The translations under genes and the position numbers were made by a program. Below, one piece after another: positions 41,999 through 57,712 of a DNA stretch of 64,000 nucleotides (positions within the stretch are counted from its first letter, which is position 1; each line of letters starts with the position of its first letter). Source of the DNA: Octopus vulgaris (lineage: Eukaryota); assembly GCA_951406725.2 (NCBI GenBank), contig OX597819.1, forward strand, positions 1,736,001 through 1,800,000. Reading direction: 5' to 3'. The notes under the pieces were generated by a model. It saw only the letters and a list, made by a program, of their open reading frames with translations, did not search any database and had not been told where the DNA came from.

Positions 41999-42700
41999 TT
42001 ACTTTGATACTTTGATAGGTTTCGGCCATTATTGGCCCAGGCCATGTCTAACTTAATAGCACCACCTGGTGAAGTCTTTCAAGTCAGAATTTGGGCACTA
42101 TGGCCCACTCAAGTAGAGAGTTATTGTTTACAGAGACATATCCGAGTGTAGGAGGTTTATCCGGGATTTCTTGAAGGAATCTGTCCAAAGACTTCTTGAA
42201 CCCTATAGGGTCAGTTTCTGTTTTAATGTGTTTTGGTGTAATGTTAAAGAGAGCGGGGCCAATTGAGGTGAAATAATTGTGCCGTATTGTTGTTATGAGA
42301 TGAGAGTGCGATTTTTGTTTTGGGCGGATGGCACGGGGCCCAAGCCTTGGATGTACCTTAAAGGTGATGCCAACATCATTTGGGCAATGCTGATGGAATA
42401 TTTTCCACATCAAGCAGATGATGTAGCGCTCACGGCGACGTTGGAGAGAATAAAGTTTTAGCTTTTCTAGTCGACCCCAATAGTCGAGGCCTGTCATGCC
42501 ATCAATCTTTTTTGTGATTGACCTTTGAGGTGCTTCAACTCTTATGATACTTTGTTTTGTGTGGGGAGACCACAGTGGACAACAGTATTCAAGGTGAGGT
42601 CGGGCAAAAGTGGAGAAGAGAAGGATAATGGTGTGGATATCTCTCGACTGGAAAGTTCTGAGAATCCAGGAACACATTCTGCGGGCCATGTCAACTTTGG
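41998..42700 (-). mobile_element. CR1-group LINE 3' end (RT thumb / C-terminus, 3' UTR, short tandem tail); 5'-truncated, fairly young
   Basis: Uninterrupted 201-aa frame with [43 protein letters not shown] and FKKSLDRFL. Tail (tatcaaag)2. Confidence 0.9.
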
Positions 42701-42771
42701 TGTTTATATGATTGTTTATTTATATATATATATATATACATACATACATACGTATATACATACGTATATAT

Positions 42772-42842
<71 letters not shown>

Positions 42843-42959
42843 CATATGTGTATATGTATATATATATATATATATATACAATTGCAGCGTGGAAGGTGTT
42901 TATAAGCCATTTAAGAAACACACAAAAGCCGTTCGATTCACTTCAACATTTAAGTTTAA

Positions 42960-43009
42960 TTTGTCAAAATATTTTCGTCGCTAAAATCCGCGACCTGTTC
43001 ACCGACAAA
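42960..43009 (-). ncRNA. Minimal hammerhead ribozyme, G3:C8 core variant, within repeat unit 42880-43020
   Basis: Minus strand: UUUGUCG-GUGAACA-G-GUCGC(ggauuuua)GCGAC-GAAA-AUAUU-U-UGACAAA. Confidence 0.65.
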
Positions 43010-43138
43010 GTCCGTGCTGCATCTAAGAAAGTAACGGTTAGTTCGTCATTTATATGTACGTATGTATGTGTGTATGTATGCATATATGTGTGTATGTATG
43101 TACGTATGCATGTACGCACATACACCTGTGTATGCATG

Positions 43139-43172
<34 letters not shown>

Positions 43173-43408
43173 TGTATGTATGTGTGTGTGTGTATATGCA
43201 CGCACATACACTCTATAAAACATAAAGCTATAAACCTGTAGCGATGGATGGATGTAGAGTGACCACTCATCACAAAACTATCAAGTTTCAACTTCCTACG
43301 GCCGAAGCTAGAAAGTGAATTTATGACGCTTACTCCCAAAACTATACCCTATATATATATATATATATGTATATGTGTATATGTATATATATATATATAT
43401 ATAAATAC

Positions 43409-43441
<33 letters not shown>

Positions 43442-43445
43442 CATA

Positions 43446-43567
<122 letters not shown>

Positions 43568-43809
43568 TGGATATATATATATGTATGTATGTATGCATGT
43601 ATGCATGCATGTATGTGTGCGTATGCGCGTGCAAGTGCATATGCCTATTCATACGTACATATATACATATTTACACACACACACACACACGCACGCACAC
43701 ACACATATCTATGGATGTGTGTGTGTGTTCCAGCGTTCAGCAATTCTTATTTATTAGTGGCTCAAAAGTAAAAAGTTCTTTTTGTCTTCATATTATTATT
43801 TGTACAAAT

Positions 43810-43990
43810 AAGGCGGTATGGCTCTAAGCATTTTCTCTGTGTCTTTACATTTTACGATCAAATTGCGCCGAGGTTAACTTTGCCTTTCGTCTATCGTGAT
43901 CGATGAAATAAATATCATATTAGGACTAATGTCGAAGGAATCGACTAGTCCTTTCGCTCAAAATGCCAAGCCTTCTCTCTAGTAGAAAGA
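43810..43990 (+). mobile_element. Degenerate tRNA-SINE (family of 49885 and 57505)
   Basis: caaattgcgccgaggttaactttgcctttcgtc...gatcgatgaaataaat matches the reverse complement of those copies. Confidence 0.55.
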
Positions 43991-44353
43991 TACATTGTAT
44001 TATAATTACACACATGTACATATGTATGTATGTATCTATATATATATGTGAGTGTGTGTGTGTGTATATATGTATATAAATATGTTTGGGTATATATATG
44101 TTTATATACTATGTGTAAATTTGAGATAGTATGAAGGGAGATACATACATCAAATATATATGCGTGTTACGTAAAAACATGTAAATAATATTACATATCA
44201 AAAAATTTTAATTAATTTTCCGATATAAAGACATCGGTTAAAATATTAATTACAATGTATGTTAAAATGTGTACTCAATATACATACACACACAACACGC
44301 ATGCACAACACATACAGGGGCATGTGTATATATATATATACATATATATATAC

Positions 44354-44391
<38 letters not shown>

Positions 44392-44395
44392 ATAC

Positions 44396-44447
<52 letters not shown>

Positions 44448-44449
44448 GT

Positions 44450-44512
<63 letters not shown>

Positions 44513-44773
44513 CATATATAAATATGTATATATGTGTATGTATTCAGAGAGTGGAAATACTTTTAGTATAAATTATACTCATACTAACAAAAATTGATGC
44601 TCTTAGTTGCACCAGGAGATTTTCGAATAACTTTATAATTAAATACAATAATGTAATTCAGTTTAAAAAAAGGAGTCCCACTAAATTTCTTACACATCTC
44701 ATTGTCCTTTGCACTGCATGGCTCTGCACCGTTACGATATTTTAATTTGTAATGCATGCTTTCTTTCGACTGC

Positions 44774-44843
<70 letters not shown>

Positions 44844-45107
44844 CAAATATAAATTTCTTACTTTCTTAAATTATAATTTATTACATTGATTAAATTTAGG
44901 ACTGTTTTTCTTTATGAGAAATAGGCAAGATATTATCTACTTAGTAGAAAGGAGGGAAAATCACTATTAAGTTTTTTTTCATCATCCTGGAATGTATTTA
45001 TAAAATAACTGACAACGTGTTGTGTATAATTCATGCATGTTCATTTTAAGAATACTATCTCACGTATACATAGGAACATATTTCTTAAATTGACTCTAAT
45101 TCTCCAC

Positions 45108-45188
<81 letters not shown>

Positions 45189-48100
45189 GTATCTATGTAT
45201 GTATGAATGTATGTATGTATGTATGTGTGTGTGTATATGAATATTATTAGAATATTGCTAGATATGTGACTAACTGTAATCTTATGGATTAAGTCACCTG
45301 TTTGTAATTATGTTGCTATGTATCTGTGCATATATGTTGATTACATGTTTGTGTATGAATTTCAAATCTGGTCTATGTTAATGTATCGTACTTTGCGTGT
45401 CTAATTTTAATTGTGTAGTCAGTTGCATTGCCTCTGTGCCTATGTACTCAGACAATACAACTGATTAACTGATTAAATATGATTAACCTGTATATAAGCC
45501 TGGCTATGACAATGTATTTGTGTTGAACAGTATGGCAGTAAATATATTCAATTGTATCTTTGTGTGTGTTTTTAGCATCCGTTTATCCTGTGTACATCTG
45601 TTTGACACTGCAAATTCTATTATGTAAGGTCATTATAGGAATAAACCTTGAGAATAACTGTGGGCCTTACTCTTTACTGTAACTGTCTCTGTTGGGTTAT
45701 GATCCAAATAACCTTGAGCTTATCCCAAATGTATTAAGCATTTTTTTTTTATGTAATCGCAATGTGATACATCTAAATTGGTTGTATCTTGCTTTGTCTT
45801 GTCATGTCAATGTGATCTTTTAGCCCTTATTGAATATATTGTCCGTATTTTTCTTATTCTCTAATTTTATTTATTATTTTGTTTTATATTTTTTGTTTAA
45901 TGGTTATCGAATTCTGAATGTGTATTTTGTTCTTTATTTTGTTTTATCTTTCTTTCGGCATGAATTTCTGATGTATATGGGGCAATATGTTAGACCTGTT
46001 GTTATATTTCGATATGTTTATCTGACCAGATGGTTTATTAATTTGAATTACAAAATTATTTGAACGATGGATTTGAGATACCAATAGCTTGTTTTCTGCC
46101 AGTATTTCAACATTTTGACACATACACGAATTACATACATACATTCAAGCAAAAGACACTCATGCAAACGCACATACACTCTCACACACACATAAACACG
46201 CACACACACACAAACAAATATATGTGTCTGCGGGCGTGTGTTTGTGTGTATGTGTGTGTTGTGTGTATGTTGTGTGTGTGTGTGTGTGTGTGTATCTGTG
46301 TGTGTATGTGTGTGTGTGTGATAGGCCAAATTGTACTGACAGGAGATATAGAATTCAACATAAAAAGCAGAGTATTTATGTATTTTATTTACAGCCGGAA
46401 ACATACATCAGTGACTCAAGATCCAAAAGTTTCATGCCACAGTAATTATGAAACTCAATAATATCTAATAATTACGTACGATTTACAGAGGCAATGAATA
46501 GTTTGAGTAATATTTTTCAACTACATCGTTATACACTCTCACATACGCAATATATTATGTATGCATACTTATGATGTGTATGCGTTTGTGATTGTACATT
46601 CATATATTTATGTGTGTACATTTGTGTATTGATATACACGTACTTATGGCTATATATATATTACTAAGCATCTGTGAGTATGGCTATAATATTGTCATAT
46701 TCTTGAGTATCTGTTGTAGTGTTTTTACACGTTTATTTTAATATATGTGAGCATATGTCTAAGTGTACACATGAGTGTGTTGTATGCATAGAATTTATGT
46801 ATACACTGAATTTATATGTAGGTAAGCGCGTATATATGAACGTTTGTTCAAATCCTCAAGTATAAGTGTGTGTGTGCTTATATGAGCGTGCGTGGACCTT
46901 TAGTTTTCTTATATATAGGTATATCCTTAGATGTACTTTCAAGTATATGTTCTTATTTTGAAGTGCACGCATATATCTATGAATTTGTGTATATGCATAT
47001 GTTTATATATTTGTAGAAGTGTGTGTGGCTGTGGCTGTGAGCCTATGTGTCTGTCTTTATATAAATCTTTTTATTGAAATTTTGTTATTTCTCTAGTACT
47101 AAATATTTCTTGCTGGGAGTAGTTTTCCCAACAGAATTCTAAATGCGGATGCAGTCATGCATTAAAGCACACAGTTTATCATTTGCATTTTGAAGTCTTA
47201 TTGAAAAAGTTTATCGATGCCAGCAGGAAATATTTTATATCAGAGAGGTAACAAATATTACATTAAAAAAGATTATTTACTCACCTTCCTAATACTGAGT
47301 ACTCATTTTATCAGTTCCATACTAACATGCGTATATATGAGTGCATGTGTGCATGTGTAAGTATGGATTTAGGTATGTGTGAGTGTGCGCATGAATATGT
47401 ATATGTGTATTTATACATCTATACACACACATACACACACGTGCACACACACATATATATGTGCTCTTGTACATATATATAATGTATGTACATGCAATAT
47501 TATATATATACAATGTTCTAGTGTGGAATCTGCGGTCTTCACAGGGCGGATATTTTGGAGGGAATCAATTTGATAATTCAATCCAATCAAAATAGACGCT
47601 TAAGGTACGCTTAAGTAAATCTTAACCAGAAGTTTTGGAAGGTTTATTGCAAATATTTTTCTTGCTGCTTTTAACAGTGAAATTAGTGTTAGAATCTTTA
47701 TTTAGAAATTTTAAATTGACTTCTTTTAGATCGACTCTCTCAATCATGAGAGTGTATCCGAAAAGTGATCTAATTGAAACTGCCTTAGTAAAAGTTTGAA
47801 ATTTTGAGATGTTAATAACAAATTTTAGACAGTTTTGAGGATAAAACCTTAGAATAAAATATCTAATTTAGTTGTTGAATTAATCATTTCACCCAACGCA
47901 AAACATTTTCTTTTGTTTTCATATATACTAAATAAAGAGTAAAACAAGTTCTAAGAAGTTCTACGGAACATTTATATTCAAGTGGTGATAGTCTATTTTA
48001 TTTAAAATATGTCTAAGATTCTAATAGAAATAGCATAATTTTTGATATTGAATAAATCATTTGTTTAGTGAATATTCTCCAATATTTGGAGGGTGGCAGT

Positions 48101-48677
48101 ACTCTAACATGTTTCACTGGGTAATAAACGAACACTGGCAGTGAGAAGTAAGTTAATATTTCAGCATCATCTACCAGCCTGAGACACATCAAGATAAGCA
48201 GTTATAAAAAATGGTATGTATTTCTAATTTCATCTATCTTTGCAATTCTGTTTAATTGCAAAGAAAGTATTTGTTCGTTTAAATATATCGAAAATGTTAT
48301 AGGGAATCTATCTTTTGAATTGTATGTTGCAATACGTAACCGTAGCCAATCTTTCATTGTTTACAGCTCATCCATTGACTATTTTAATAAAATATAAGCT
48401 TAGTTATTTGAAAGTCATGAATACACGTATGTTTCACTATTACGTATATTCTTATGACCAGGTACTTATACGCGAATACAAGCGCATACATATATATGCT
48501 ACTTTATCCTTTTGCTGGTACTACTCACTCAATTGTGCCTATGTACAGGGACTGTCTACAATGATCTTAATCGATCATATCGGCCCCAATAATTATTCAG
48601 CCTACTATTTGTTATTGACTTCTTTTATCATATAGCTAAGTTGCCTTTTGATATAAATAATCCCATGGCCAGGCATA

Positions 48678-48718
<41 letters not shown>

Positions 48719-49884
48719 GGCATGCACACACACACACTCGCGCGCAAACACACACACACGACAACCTTCATTTTTACTTATATGCTTTACTTTTGTTAAC
48801 GGAAAGGGGCACAAAACTAGCAGACAGCAAATACAAACTTTACTTTAGGTTATGTTAATGTCTCTGAAAATTTTTTTAGTTAAAATAGAAAAGTAGAGAT
48901 TATGTATTAGATAGCAAAACTCAGTGTTTATAGCATGTTGATCGCCTTCACGTTCATAGAAAACGCGCTGAAATCGTATATGATCTTGCGTAACGAGTTA
49001 CAGAACAGTTTCCGCAAACTATTAGGCTAATAATTGACTCATGGCCCATGATAATATATTGAAAATCAGTACAGGCGTAAAATAAACACAAGTCTGAGTA
49101 TGAGTTAGTCAATTACAAATGAAGAGTAAAGATAATTCGGCCCTATTTGTTCTCTCTGAATCGAAGAGCTTAGCTTTGTGTTTTTAGTTATTTGTTTCTT
49201 ACTTTCTTTCTTCCCCATACCGCTCACTCTCTGTCTCTCTCATTCTCTCTACACACACATACTTATAGTTACTTTCAGTCACTCTCTCAACTCTTTGTGA
49301 TTGCTCAGGGGCACATATGACGGGAGTTGGCATAAAACCGACAGAGCTCCAAGTGGGTTGACTTGAAGTATATTGGGTGTAGGGTTTTCTGTGGGATATG
49401 TGGATGGTGTCAGGTAGTTGCAGTGGGACAGTTGGCCGATTCCATAAGTGCGAAGACGGTTTGGTAACGACTATTTTATTGAAGGTTAGATACATATGAA
49501 GTGTATTTTGAGTGTAGGTGAGTTTCGGTTTGGAATATGTGAGGGGATGAGAGGAACTCATTGAAAAGAGTTGAGGACTGCGAAAGATTCAGTTGCTCTA
49601 GACGCGGTTTCAGTGTGAAAGATTGAAAGACCTACAAATCAGAAGTAGCAAGGTAAACACAATAACCGTTGCAACAGTGGTAGCAGGAGCAGTAAATGAT
49701 AGTACTAATACCAGTAGTAACCGCGGCCGCAGAAACATAATCTAGTAATACAATAAGTCAGAACGAAAGTAGTAATGTTTGCCTATTTATCGAAATTTCT
49801 GTAGTCTTCTTTCAGACAAGAAACCGTGTCGGAGCTGTTGTCATATGATATTGCTGATGATTCACCTAGGCTAATAATTATTTC

Positions 49885-50090
49885 AAATTTTGGCACAAGG
49901 CCAGCAATTTCAGGGGAGTAGGCAAGTCGATAACATGGACCCCAGTGCTCAATTAATACATATTTTATCGACTCTGAAAGGATGAAAGGCAAGTCAACCT
50001 CGGTAGAATTTGAACTCAGAATGTAAGGATGAACGAAATGCCGCTAAGTATTTTGTCCATCCTGCTAACGGTTCTGCTAGCTCACTGCTT
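49885..50090 (-). mobile_element. tRNA-SINE with conserved central domain (MetaSINE/Sauria-like core, tentative)
   Basis: Minus-strand B box gagttcaaattc, then gaggttgacttgcctttcatcctttcagagtcgataaaata. Colinear with 57505-57712. Confidence 0.78.
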
Positions 50091-51338
50091 TCCCACTTAG
50101 ATGAATATTAAAGAATGATAACAAATCTTGGCGGGCACGTAGATATATATACAGAGTATTCTATTGCGACATTGTTACTGTTATTCAGTTCGGTAAAAGC
50201 CAAGGATTAACAATAAAAAAACAAAAACATTTAGTACATGTACGAATCTACTTTGCTTTACGAAAGCAGTGTTAATAAGTTGTATTAGCAAGCGTCGGAC
50301 CATTTTGTTGTGTTATATTCACAGCCAAAAGTCCATTTTGCTGTTTTGCTTTGTTTGTCTCATTTACTCAAAGATAATTTTGTTTGCAGAAATTCATTTT
50401 TAATGTATGTCGTAGCATTGGGTATGCTCACTAGAATTGTTTCTGTTCTTTTAATTCATTTTGTTCGTATTTAAAAGAAAATCATTCCTCTTGAATGTTT
50501 GTCCAATAAGTCCACCGCATCTATATATATGAAAAGTGCTACGTCAGCCATATCAAGTCCTGTCATAGTTTTATGTGATAGACACAAGTTATATTTACTA
50601 CATCAAAAATTTGGTGTCAGATCCGAACATATAGATGCATATAATGTCACCGATTATATTTTCCCTTTAAGTTACGTTTTGATTCAATTTATATTATCGA
50701 TGTAAGAGTAGAGTTAGCGTGCACCCCCACCCCTAGAAACACATAGAGACGTACAAATAAACTCAAAGATATACGTATATCTATGTATCATATATTATAT
50801 ATGTAGTTACATGCAGGCTTAATTCAGTGAACGGAAAATAAGGTTGAGGGTATTGAATTTATAACGGTAATAAGAAAAAAAGCCATTGATCTGAAATGAA
50901 GTTATCAAAGGAATGTCGAAATTTCAATTGACAAAAACTTAAATGAAATGAGTTCGATTTCTGGCTGCTTTGACCACACCCAGTTACCAAAATTTCAGAG
51001 AGATTAAAATATAGTGCTGCATGTAAAATCAGTCTCCTTATCAAGCTAACTGAAATGCCAATGGAAAATTTACGACGTGTGCCTTTTACTCGAAAAACAT
51101 ACGTAGTTTAGCAATTAGAAAGCTAGCAAACGAAAAAGACCTGGATCTAATTTCTGTAAGGCTTTTAGCCTTTAATCAAATGCAGTCATATTTTAGACTT
51201 GGTTGTCTATTATCTATTTCATTATCTGAATGTTTGAAACAATGAGATGAGTTAAAGAAACTCTATTAAAATAGAACAGAAATTAAAATCTTCGTGTATG
51301 TAGATTATTTATATATGTATATACGCGCACACACACAC

Positions 51339-51372
<34 letters not shown>

Positions 51373-51380
51373 ATGTATAC

Positions 51381-51417
<37 letters not shown>

Positions 51418-51433
51418 GATAGAGAGAGAGTGT

Positions 51434-51465
<32 letters not shown>

Positions 51466-52805
51466 AATGAAAAGTGATATTTATGCAAACACCTTTTTGG
51501 GCAAATTATGAGACGTGCGTACAAGAAACCCATAAAGCCTTCCCCTTATATTGATTTAAAAATTGTTTAGAATCAATAACATTATGATGACCAAAGAAGG
51601 TGGTTTGGTGTCGTGAATGATTTATAGCTTGACATAAATTTGTCACATCAAGGTGATAACAGCAAGAATGAAACAGTACTATTCCTGTCACTCAACACTT
51701 GCAAAATACCTCCGTTGTTTTCAGAAATTTGTAGGTGTATTCCCATTGATCTATAATTTGTTAATGTATAGTAATATTTAATTTGTTATATTCAGATATT
51801 AAATTTCATGCATGTTCGAATGCGATTGTATGACACGTGTAAGTAAAATTAGTCGTTATAAACCCGAAACAATTATATTGACGTATTGTTTAATATATTG
51901 ACAAGTAACAAACGCATGTGCATCAAAAAAGTACGCGAAAACACACAGGCATATCTAAAACTAATAAACTTTGTTGGTTTACATTTGAAAGTACACGTTT
52001 AGTTACTCCAGCAAGGCGTTGATATTACTTTCCCTGGTGGGTGAATAGGACGGAAAGACACACACATTTTACTGTAGCAAGTATTATCAAGCAGACCAAC
52101 GATCAGGGAATCTTTTTAGGTGTTACCGAAAGATATATTCCCGTAAAATTATATTGATTGATAGGTTTTCATTTTGTCCTGAAACCATTGTTCCTTGGTT
52201 ACGAAATTAATATATTTATTTAACAGTTTTTCTTTTCTAAAAGCTCTTGTTATATTATTAAAATAAATTTACGTTGGGTAGAAGGAAGAAGGATATAGCT
52301 AATTTGAAATAAAATTGCAAAATACCTTTTAGTAAAAAGGTATTTCTCCGTTGAGGTTTATGGTCTTTTAAAGAAATTTGTCACAAAATAATCATCACAA
52401 TTATGCAGAAATTTTTTATACTGTCATTTTATTCACTAATATTTTTTTAAAGAATATTCTATTAGAAAATAAACGTCTTCATTATATCTGCATTTAGCCT
52501 AAATACTAATAGCAGTATAGTTTGTTTCTGTTTTTGCTCAGGTATAATTAAACCTATAAATTAAAATAAACTTTAAAGTCAAATATCAATATATATTAAA
52601 TATAGCATCTCATAAAAGGGACATTAAACAATAAAAATACTTATTTGCTTCATGACTATGTCTTTGATAAAAACGGACTTATGCATTACACTCAAAATAT
52701 TTTATTTTATCCCATTTCATGTTCCTTATGACCACTTGTTACCCAATCCTAAGCAAGACAATCGCGCCTTTAAAATGTGCATACAGCTGATAGAACTGCT
52801 GATAG

Positions 52806-53320
<515 letters not shown>

Positions 53321-54607
53321 CTATTCATTGTTTGACTTTTCATTTTCCGTTTGATCAATTATAATTGTATTTTCTTTTCTTTATTTTATTATTTACCTTT
53401 TTGTACATTTTTGTAGTCGGCAACATAGTTATTATGGACTGTAAAAATATATGATCCGTTAAAGCAATAGAATCAAATGAACAAAATGCAATTCTTCATC
53501 TTTCTTTCAGATATTAGAACTGTATGTTATGTATATTTATAATTTACCTTAGTAACGTTTCATTTTACTTCAATTTATTATCAAACGTGTATATTTTATC
53601 AACTAATTTGCGTCAAATTAGTAGTAATCCAGTGAAAACGCTATTTGCAAGTTGTATCTAATCAATGGAATTTGTTCATGTTTGTTTTCTTTCACAAAAT
53701 AACTTCCTGGTGTAGTTTCCTCATTTAGAATCAACAGAAAATTAAGAGGAAATAAAAACACACTTAGGCTCAAACTTGAAGAATGTTTTGTCCATTGTGA
53801 ATAGTTGTAAATTATAGTGATTAAATTCTATGTTAAAATTAATATTTAGAAATTTGTCTGGAATGTTAATGGATTTAATTAAACAAAGTTATATCGTGAT
53901 GATATAAGTTATAGCATTTATGTAAATCTTTCATGAAATAAGTAATGGCGCATCCTTAAGACATCCGTTGCTCTCGAAAGACCATGGGTCACTGCCTGGA
54001 GAATTTTGTGTCAGCTGCTGATGGTGGTGCGTCGTCTGGAACATAACAAAGTAATTTATAAAACGCTAAGCTATTAGTAAACCAGTAATGATTTAGTGAT
54101 AAAGTTAAGAAATTAAAAAAAACCTATTGTCGATTTGAAACAGATATAAGCTTCTAGTATTTCAGGTGGCTTTTGTGTTTTAGTGGACAAAATTTTCTAC
54201 AGTCTTCAGTTTCAAATTAGTAAGCAACGGTTGCATATATACTAAAATCTAGTGCGAATCTTCAAAAGATTCCAGACTTGAAGAGAGAACATTGTGCATA
54301 TTAGGAGAATTGTTACTTTTCCTTTTCCAAATATTATAACAGATACATCTTGAAAAATATATTATTAGATGATCAACGCCTCTACTTACTTGATAACATA
54401 ATTGTGACATTTAAAATATATATTCCTGCTATGAAATTGTAAAAATATGGGGAAGTATTTTCTGTTATACATTTAAATTCTCGAATACTTTTGGAAGAAT
54501 AGAACCTGCAAACGTTCTACAATAATTTGAAGACTAAGAGAAGCGGTATTTATGTTTTGAGATTCTGTGTGAATAAATATTACTAAATATTTTGTTTTAC
54601 GTTTCAG

Positions 54608-54726
54608 GTGCATATTTTTGCCTTAGTATGGTGATGATTACCCTATCCACAGTATTTGCTTGTGTTGTTGCGAATATGTTTTTCCGTGGTGTACGAGTGC
54701 ATAGAGCACCGTACTGGCTGCGTGCA
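54608..54726 (+). CDS. nAChR-family subunit, M3 exon: (G)AYFCLSMVMITLSTVFACVVANMFFRGVRVHRAPYWLRA
   Basis: Acceptor gtttcag ends at 54607 and donor gtaagt starts at 54727. 119 nt, phase 1-0. Hydrophobic M3 followed by the typical post-M3 V.N...R......P.W.R motif. Confidence 0.93.
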
Positions 54727-54791
54727 GTAAGTATTGTTTCACAAAAATTTATATCAACATTTTTAATACCTTTGATATTGTTTCAGAAGGA

Positions 54792-54875
54792 AAATTATAT
54801 AAGATTATTTATAAACTCCAAATTATATAAGATTATTTATAAACTCCAAATTATATAAGATTATTTATAAACTCA
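54792..54875. repeat. 28-bp tandem repeat, 3 copies (aaattatataagattatttataaactcc)
   Basis: Units start at 54792, 54820 and 54848, beginning 65 nt downstream of the M3 exon donor. Confidence 0.9.
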
Positions 54876-55149
54876 AAATTAATTAGATTACTCCCACTGC
54901 ATAATAGTTACTTATTTGTATTTATCTTAAAAACATAAAAAAGTTAAATTAAACCCAAGCGAACTTTTAACTCAGAGCATGAAAGAACATAAATTATTAC
55001 GACTGATCACATAATTCGATAATTCACCGTTTCTGAAAATGTATATTAATAATAACTTTCAACATGCGTTCAATGCTGCAAATTTTGATTTATTAACGCC
55101 AGTCCTTTGCCAACTACCAATATAAACGTGAAATTCACTGCCAGGCCAT

Positions 55150-56950
55150 AAGGCCAGAGATTTCTGAAAGTCACTCGTGGTCGCTATTCCTCACCTCGAT
55201 ATGAAAACTAATGCGCCACTTCCACTGGCTGCATTCCTCAAGTAGTAGAAATTTGTAAGCATCGCACAAGACTCCAAACGCCAGGCGCCTAATATTAGCA
55301 TTTTTTGATCCAGAACTGCAGCTCTTTCAAAGAGACGATCTGTGAAAGTATGTGACCCACAAAGAACAAGACACCCACTCACTATTTAGAAATCTTTGTA
55401 GCTGAAGCAAGGAAGAAAACCTCGGAGATAGGCTTCTTGAGTACAAATGTAGTGTTTGACCAAATAAACACGTCTCCTTCACATGAAGTAGAACATCGGA
55501 AGCTCTAATGTGACCAGGCGAGAAATAGGGTAAGGTATGACGACCAAGGGATAGTATATAGCGAAAGCTATATTTACGTTTGCCGCCTCTGTCCGATATT
55601 TTAAAGACTGATTTCTTTTAACCCATTTCTGGATGAGACTGGCTAACCTATTCGTAAATTTATCATTGATACTGTGCCCCTTGAGTTTCGGAGAGGTCTA
55701 GATCACAGCCTCTAACAGATTAAAGGAATGACAAATCTCCATCCTCTTGTAGATTAAAGGAATGATAAATCTTAATAATAGTAAGCCCGTTAATGGCTTT
55801 CCAATAAAACCTTAACCCAGAAAGGCAAAAACAATTCAGATACTTGTCTGTATAGATCAATAACTATTCAACAATCAAAAATCGGAGAATGAAGATCGTT
55901 GGTGCTGTGTGAGGCTTGACAGACTGAGGACGAATATGTTTCAAAATGTTCAAATCCAACTAGTTTCGCTGACGGTATAAGTGCGAAAGTTGTTTTATGG
56001 AGAATCGGAGAGAACATCTGAATGCAGAAGGTATTTTATGGAGTAGAAATTCCATTTAAGGAAAGTTTTGCCTCTCACAATATCAGAGAAAAATCTAGAA
56101 AAGGTTATCTTTCTTGATTGGACAACCATACCCAACGGACCATCCATTTTGTTTTCGTAACAGCCATTCAAAAATCAGACTGAACATAGTATATTTAAAT
56201 TCTATAAAGCAAGGGAAACAGAGAGTGGTTGGAAAATCGAAGACTCACAATCGCACCAAACCTGGTCAAATTCAGCGAATATCAAGACGATTAAAACAGC
56301 ACATATTCCAACCCTTTGTATGACATCCGATATTTATACGTCAAAATCTGTAAAATTTTACACCTTTGTTAGACTGTAGCCCAGTTATTTCGCATGCCAA
56401 TTCAGTCTGTTCATTTACTGCATCGCCAAATTCAGTCTGTCGTTACTCTTTACTTCCTCGACTTCTTTCAAACAAGCCGTATCTGCAGGCGATTCTGCTT
56501 TCTCCTGCAAGGGAGCTACCATTCAAGCTGGAATGCAACTAACTTTATTCGACAATGCTTGTCCTATCAGGGCTGTTTTTGGTTGAGGTATGTGCACATT
56601 GACTTGAGGTATGAGTATGTTGTTAGGTGAGATCCATTACTGCATGTTGGGTAGAAAATGGGCGAAAAAGACAATATTTACAGTAATTTTTATAGCCAAG
56701 TGTTTAGCAGTGTATTTCTGAAAAGAGTTGCTCAAGCGTTCAAGCTGCTAACCTTCTCCAGAGTAAGTGAAGAGAGGCCATATAGCCCAATATGCATGCG
56801 TGTAGCTTTGAGATTACAACTAACTACCAGCCTAATGAAGTTACTGTTACGTTGCTTCCTGGCACTCTTACTTTTCCCATGCATTATTGCATGTTTTATA
56901 GATACCTTCACCTTCATGTACCCGTAGAGTCCGAAAACCTCTTTAATCAT
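55150..56950 (-). mobile_element. Highly degraded LINE ORF2 remnant, possibly L1/Tx1-like
   Basis: Microsatellite-free block of higher GC with short broken frames such as IQKW.KRNQS.KYRTEAANV, reminiscent of the L1/Tx1 W..R.LS..GR....N motif. Confidence 0.35.
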
Positions 56951-57504
56951 GTAGCATATATCTCATTATACTGGAATTTTATATCGTTGTTGTCTGTTAT
57001 CAACTATATTAAATTGTCAAAATATAGGATTATATATGCTTGATGTTATACGAATTATGTGACAAAAGGTCTATATCTGTAAAACAATGCAATTTTGACA
57101 CGTTAATGAAATCAAGCGATTGGCATAAAAATTATTTCAGCAATTTATATATTGAATTACTTTTGTTATTTTTATTCTATTTTACCAAAACACATTATCT
57201 TACAAGTCCTAATCAACTGAATTTGCGAGGGGCGCAATTTGTTGCGGCAGCAAACTCCATACTTCATAATCACTAACACTACATATAAAAATTGCAAAAC
57301 CCCATTAGATTCCACAATTTGTAGCCATATCTGTCTCAAATTACACCTTTCAAATAAAGGGTAAATTGGATAACGTAGACCTATTTATATAAAGTGACGG
57401 AACTATCATGGGTAGAACACCTTTGTTCATACTTGTTGTATCAATATCGAACTAGAGCTAAGCAACAACATGCTCTCAAACTCATCCACGAGAAATATTG
57501 ATTT

Positions 57505-57712
57505 AAAATTTTGGCTTAAGGTCACCAAGTTTTGGAGAAGGGTAAGCCATTTACATCGACCCCAGTGTTCAACTGGTACTTATTTTATCGACTCCAAAAG
57601 GACGGAAGGCAACGTCGACCTCGGCGGAATTTGAACTCAGAACGTAAAAATGAACAAAACATCCTGAAGCATTTTGACTGGCTTGCTGACAATTTCATCA
57701 GTTCGCCACCTT
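57505..57712 (-). mobile_element. tRNA-SINE (same family as 49885-50090)
   Basis: Minus strand ctgagttcaaattccgccgaggtcgacgttgccttccgtccttttggagtcgataaaataagtaccagttgaacactggggtcg. Confidence 0.8.
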
